NCBI GenBank assembly: GCA_964360755.1
Contig: CAYHYE010000002.1
Coordinates: 1-46,342 of the forward strand
Direction: 5' to 3'
From: Candidatus Woesearchaeota archaeon
GTDB lineage: Archaea > Nanobdellota > Nanobdellia > Pacearchaeales > GW2011-AR1
Length of the DNA: 46,342 bases
A program made the translations under genes and the position numbers. The notes below the pieces were generated by a model. The model did not search any database. It saw only the letters and a program-made list of their open reading frames with translations, and was not told the origin of the DNA. Positions within the stretch are counted from its first letter, which is position 1. Each line of letters opens with the position of its first letter. Of the stretch, positions 44,458-46,342 are shown one piece after another.

Positions 44458-45440
44458 CTTACATCCAGCATAATTTTACTTCCATCCATATCAAATCTAA
44501 AAGGAACGTACATTAATCCTTTACTAGTCATTGCTCTAATAAACTCTTTTATATTTGTATCACAATAAAACAATAAAAATCCTCCACCTCCAGCCCCCAT
44601 AATTTTCCCACCAAGGGCTCCATTTTTTAAACCAATCTCATACAAATTATCTATTCTTTCATCAGACATTTTATCTGATGTTTTCTTTTTTGTTTCCCAA
44701 TGTAAATTCATTAATCTTCCAAATTTTTTTGTATCGCCTTTTTCAAGTGTATTTTTTATATCAAGGCCTATTTGCTTAATTTGTTTCATGCTCTCTAGTT
44801 TAGCTTCATCACTTAACACGGATTTGCTTTGATCTTTTAAAATTTCTATAGAATCTCTTATTATTCCTGTAAAAAACATATGTAAATTAACTTCTAAATC
44901 CCTAATAGTTTCATATGATAAATTTAATGGACTTACAAAAACAGTTCCTTCTTTATTTATTTTTAAATGATTTAACCCGCCTATTGCTGATGCATATTGG
45001 TCTTGTTTTCCAATAGGCTCTTTTAAGATTTCAATTTCTATTTTAGCAGCTTCTTCTGCTAAAGTTTTAGAGCTTACATTTTCTCCTTTATATGCGTGAA
45101 GGGCTTTTAGCAACCCAACTGTAAATGCTCCAGAACTACCTAAACCAGAACTTCCAGGAACTTCAGATATTGTAGAGATTTCAAGAGTGTCATTAATATT
45201 GAGAAGTTTTAAAGCCTCTCTAACTCTATCATTCTCTATTTCGTTAATTTTATCAACATTCTCTGTTTTTGAATAAGCTATCCTATATTTATCATGAAAA
45301 TGTCTTCTTGATACTGTTACATAAATATATTTTGAAAAGGCTGCAGTTACTAGTTCTCCACCAAATTTTGGATAAAAAAATGGTAAATCAGTGCCACCTC
45401 CACCTAAAGGAAGTCTTAAAGGAGTTTTAGTAATTATCAT
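44454..45440 (-). CDS. GHMP-family sugar kinase, HddA-like (D-glycero-D-manno-heptose-7-P 1-kinase candidate)
   Basis: TKTPLRLPLGGGGTDLP, PGSSGLGSSGAF, GKQDQYASAIGG and GAGGGGFLLFY motifs. 4-nt overlap with gmhA. Confidence 0.65.
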   Translation of the reverse strand: MIITKTPLRLPLGGGGTDLPFFYPKFGGELVTAAFSKYIYVTVSRRHFHDKYRIAYSKTENVDKINEIENDRVREALKLLNINDTLEISTISEVPGSSGLGSSGAFTVGLLKALHAYKGENVSSKTLAEEAAKIEIEILKEPIGKQDQYASAIGGLNHLKINKEGTVFVSPLNLSYETIRDLEVNLHMFFTGIIRDSIEILKDQSKSVLSDEAKLESMKQIKQIGLDIKNTLEKGDTKKFGRLMNLHWETKKKTSDKMSDERIDNLYEIGLKNGALGGKIMGAGGGGFLLFYCDTNIKEFIRAMTSKGLMYVPFRFDMDGSKIMLDVR

Positions 45441-45511
45441 CTTCTTTTTAGGCTAGAAATCCTAGCTAAGAGATAAAATATAATTAATATATAAACATTT
45501 CGGCAAAAGAT

Positions 45512-46342
45512 TTATAAATAGGAAGTGGTAACACCTCGTCTCTTTTGGAAATCAGCTTTTATCGATATTAATTCAAGAACCTCTTTTATTAAAGCTTTAA
45601 TAATTTCTGGTTTTATTTTAACAAAAAAGCCTTTCGAAGATGATTCAGCTTCTGAAACTCCTGCAATTCTTGGCCTATGGGTTACTGGAAGCTCTTTAAT
45701 TCTAAACCCCAGTGATTTAGCTTTTACAAGAAATTCTGCATCTCCACCTCTATCATGAACTATGGGTTTTATTTTATTAACAACTTGTTTTTTGCAAAGC
45801 TTGAAAGCGCAGTCAACATCTTTAAAATTTAACCCTAATAAAAATCTTAAAGTTAGATTATACAATTTTGAATATACTATCCTCATAAAAGGATCTTGTC
45901 TTTTTTCCCTATATCCTATCACAATATCATAATTTTTTATATAAGGCATAAATTTATTCAATTCATTAACATTAAACTGCCTATCTGAATCTGTGTAAAA
46001 AATAATATCATTTTTTGCATTTTCCCAACCTGTTCCTATTTGTTTTCCATAACCAACAAATTTTTTCTGTTCAACAACTCTTATATTTTTATGTTTTTTT
46101 TCCAATTCTTCAGCAATTTTTAAAGTATTGTCTTTTGAAACATTAATCACAAGAATTAATTCATAGGTTAAAAAATTATTTTCTAAAAACTTTAAAATAT
46201 CTTCTGAAACTTCTTTTAGATTTCCTTCTTCATTATAAGCAGGAATAAAAAAAGAAATTGGTATTTCATATTTTTTTTTATTTTCTTCAATTCTTAATTT
46301 TACTTTTCCAGATTCTATTTCATTTTTAGCATTTAAATAACG
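45512..46342 (-). CDS. GT2 polyprenyl-phosphate glycosyltransferase (DPM1/ArnC-like); 5' end runs off the window
   Basis: The track starts it at GTG 46150, but the same frame stays open to the window edge. That upstream frame encodes the canonical N-terminus IPISFFIPAYNEEGNL...YELILVINVSKDN. Downstream motifs are TDSDRQ, VDCAFKL and ELPVTHRPRIAGVS. Confidence 0.75.
   Translation of the reverse strand, partial: RYLNAKNEIESGKVKLRIEENKKKYEIPISFFIPAYNEEGNLKEVSEDILKFLENNFLTYELILVINVSKDNTLKIAEELEKKHKNIRVVEQKKFVGYGKQIGTGWENAKNDIIFYTDSDRQFNVNELNKFMPYIKNYDIVIGYREKRQDPFMRIVYSKLYNLTLRFLLGLNFKDVDCAFKLCKKQVVNKIKPIVHDRGGDAEFLVKAKSLGFRIKELPVTHRPRIAGVSEAESSSKGFFVKIKPEIIKALIKEVLELISIKADFQKRRGVTTSYL

Noticed and set aside
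45452-45466. Hairpin GCTAG-AAATC-CTAGC between the GT2 gene and the heptose-kinase operon, considered as a terminator or regulatory element.
   Set aside because: The stem is only 5 bp and there is no adjacent oligo-T run on the transcribed (minus) strand beyond genome background. The evidence is insufficient.
46271-46279. A 9-nt homopolymer (T9 on +, A9 on the coding strand) near the 5' end of the GT2 gene, along with similar A/T runs in other GT genes, considered as possible phase-variation tracts.
   Set aside because: A/T runs of 7-10 nt occur throughout this AT-rich window, including in ribosomal protein genes (Lys codons). There is therefore no enrichment specific to surface-glycan genes.
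531-46342. The many 60-140-aa ORFs in the track that lie antisense to, or out of frame within, well-supported genes. Examples are 531-731, 1146-1379, 3945-4286, 4393-4641, 4544-4813, 5746-5928, 6274-6522, 7520-8130, 8980-9174, 9605-9919, 11021-11738, 13262-13471, 14361-14597, 18757-18984, 21566-21781, 22586-22954, 29478-29672, 33618-33830, 34963-35196, 36005-36190, 38960-39685, 39808-40023, 40052-40243, 41278-41478 and 45525-45758.
   Set aside because: Each is nested inside a gene with clear family motifs on the other strand or frame. Their translations are Phe/Ile/Leu/Ser-rich low complexity, as expected from reading AT-rich coding DNA in the wrong frame. None has its own TATA-like box at the usual spacing.

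Overview
Strongly AT-rich, very gene-dense archaeal window. It probably comes from a small-genome, DPANN-type archaeon. This is inferred from archaeal-only r-proteins (L32e, L19e, S4e), aSUI1, tiny or overlapping gene junctions, and the absence of adk, cmk and Rpp29 from their conserved slots. Layout: (i) 1-45, the 3' part of a class-II tRNA. (ii) 0.1-2.6 kb, two orphan proteins and an AI-2E-type permease. (iii) 2.7-15.9 kb, the complete archaeal L3...L15-SecY ribosomal superoperon, with a DEDDh 3'-5' exonuclease translationally coupled between L4 and L23. (iv) 16-21.9 kb, same-strand continuation: DUF106/YidC-like insertase, prefoldin alpha, a SpoIIM-like membrane protein, a 46-aa zinc-ribbon ORF absent from the track, the oligosaccharyltransferase AglB (WWDYGYW motif) and a GPT/AglH-like priming transferase. 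(v) 21.9-46.3 kb, a large envelope-glycan island. It holds two flippases, three ArnT/PMT-like GT-C enzymes matched by three polyprenyl-P-sugar-synthase-type GT2s, two GT4s, a further GT2, a CE4 deacetylase, a methyltransferase, an RmlD-like reductase, a FemAB-like transferase, QueC, a 2Fe-2S ferredoxin and a FAD oxidoreductase. The best candidate for a new system is a split heptose pathway: a transaldolase-GmhA-HddA-like kinase operon, plus a GT9 heptosyltransferase divergent from an overlapping nucleoside-2-deoxyribosyltransferase-like / HldE-domain-II pair. This mixes parts of the bacterial alpha (GDP) and beta (ADP) heptose routes and shows no GmhB. Other sequence-level oddities are a perfect 47-bp tandem repeat encoding two identical 16-codon mini-ORFs chained by ATGA overlaps ahead of a GT2 gene, a 28-bp palindromic shared promoter, and a recurrent cTTTAWAWA box about 25 nt upstream of first-gene ATGs, which implies leaderless mRNAs. 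No CRISPR array, transposase, integrase or rRNA was seen.
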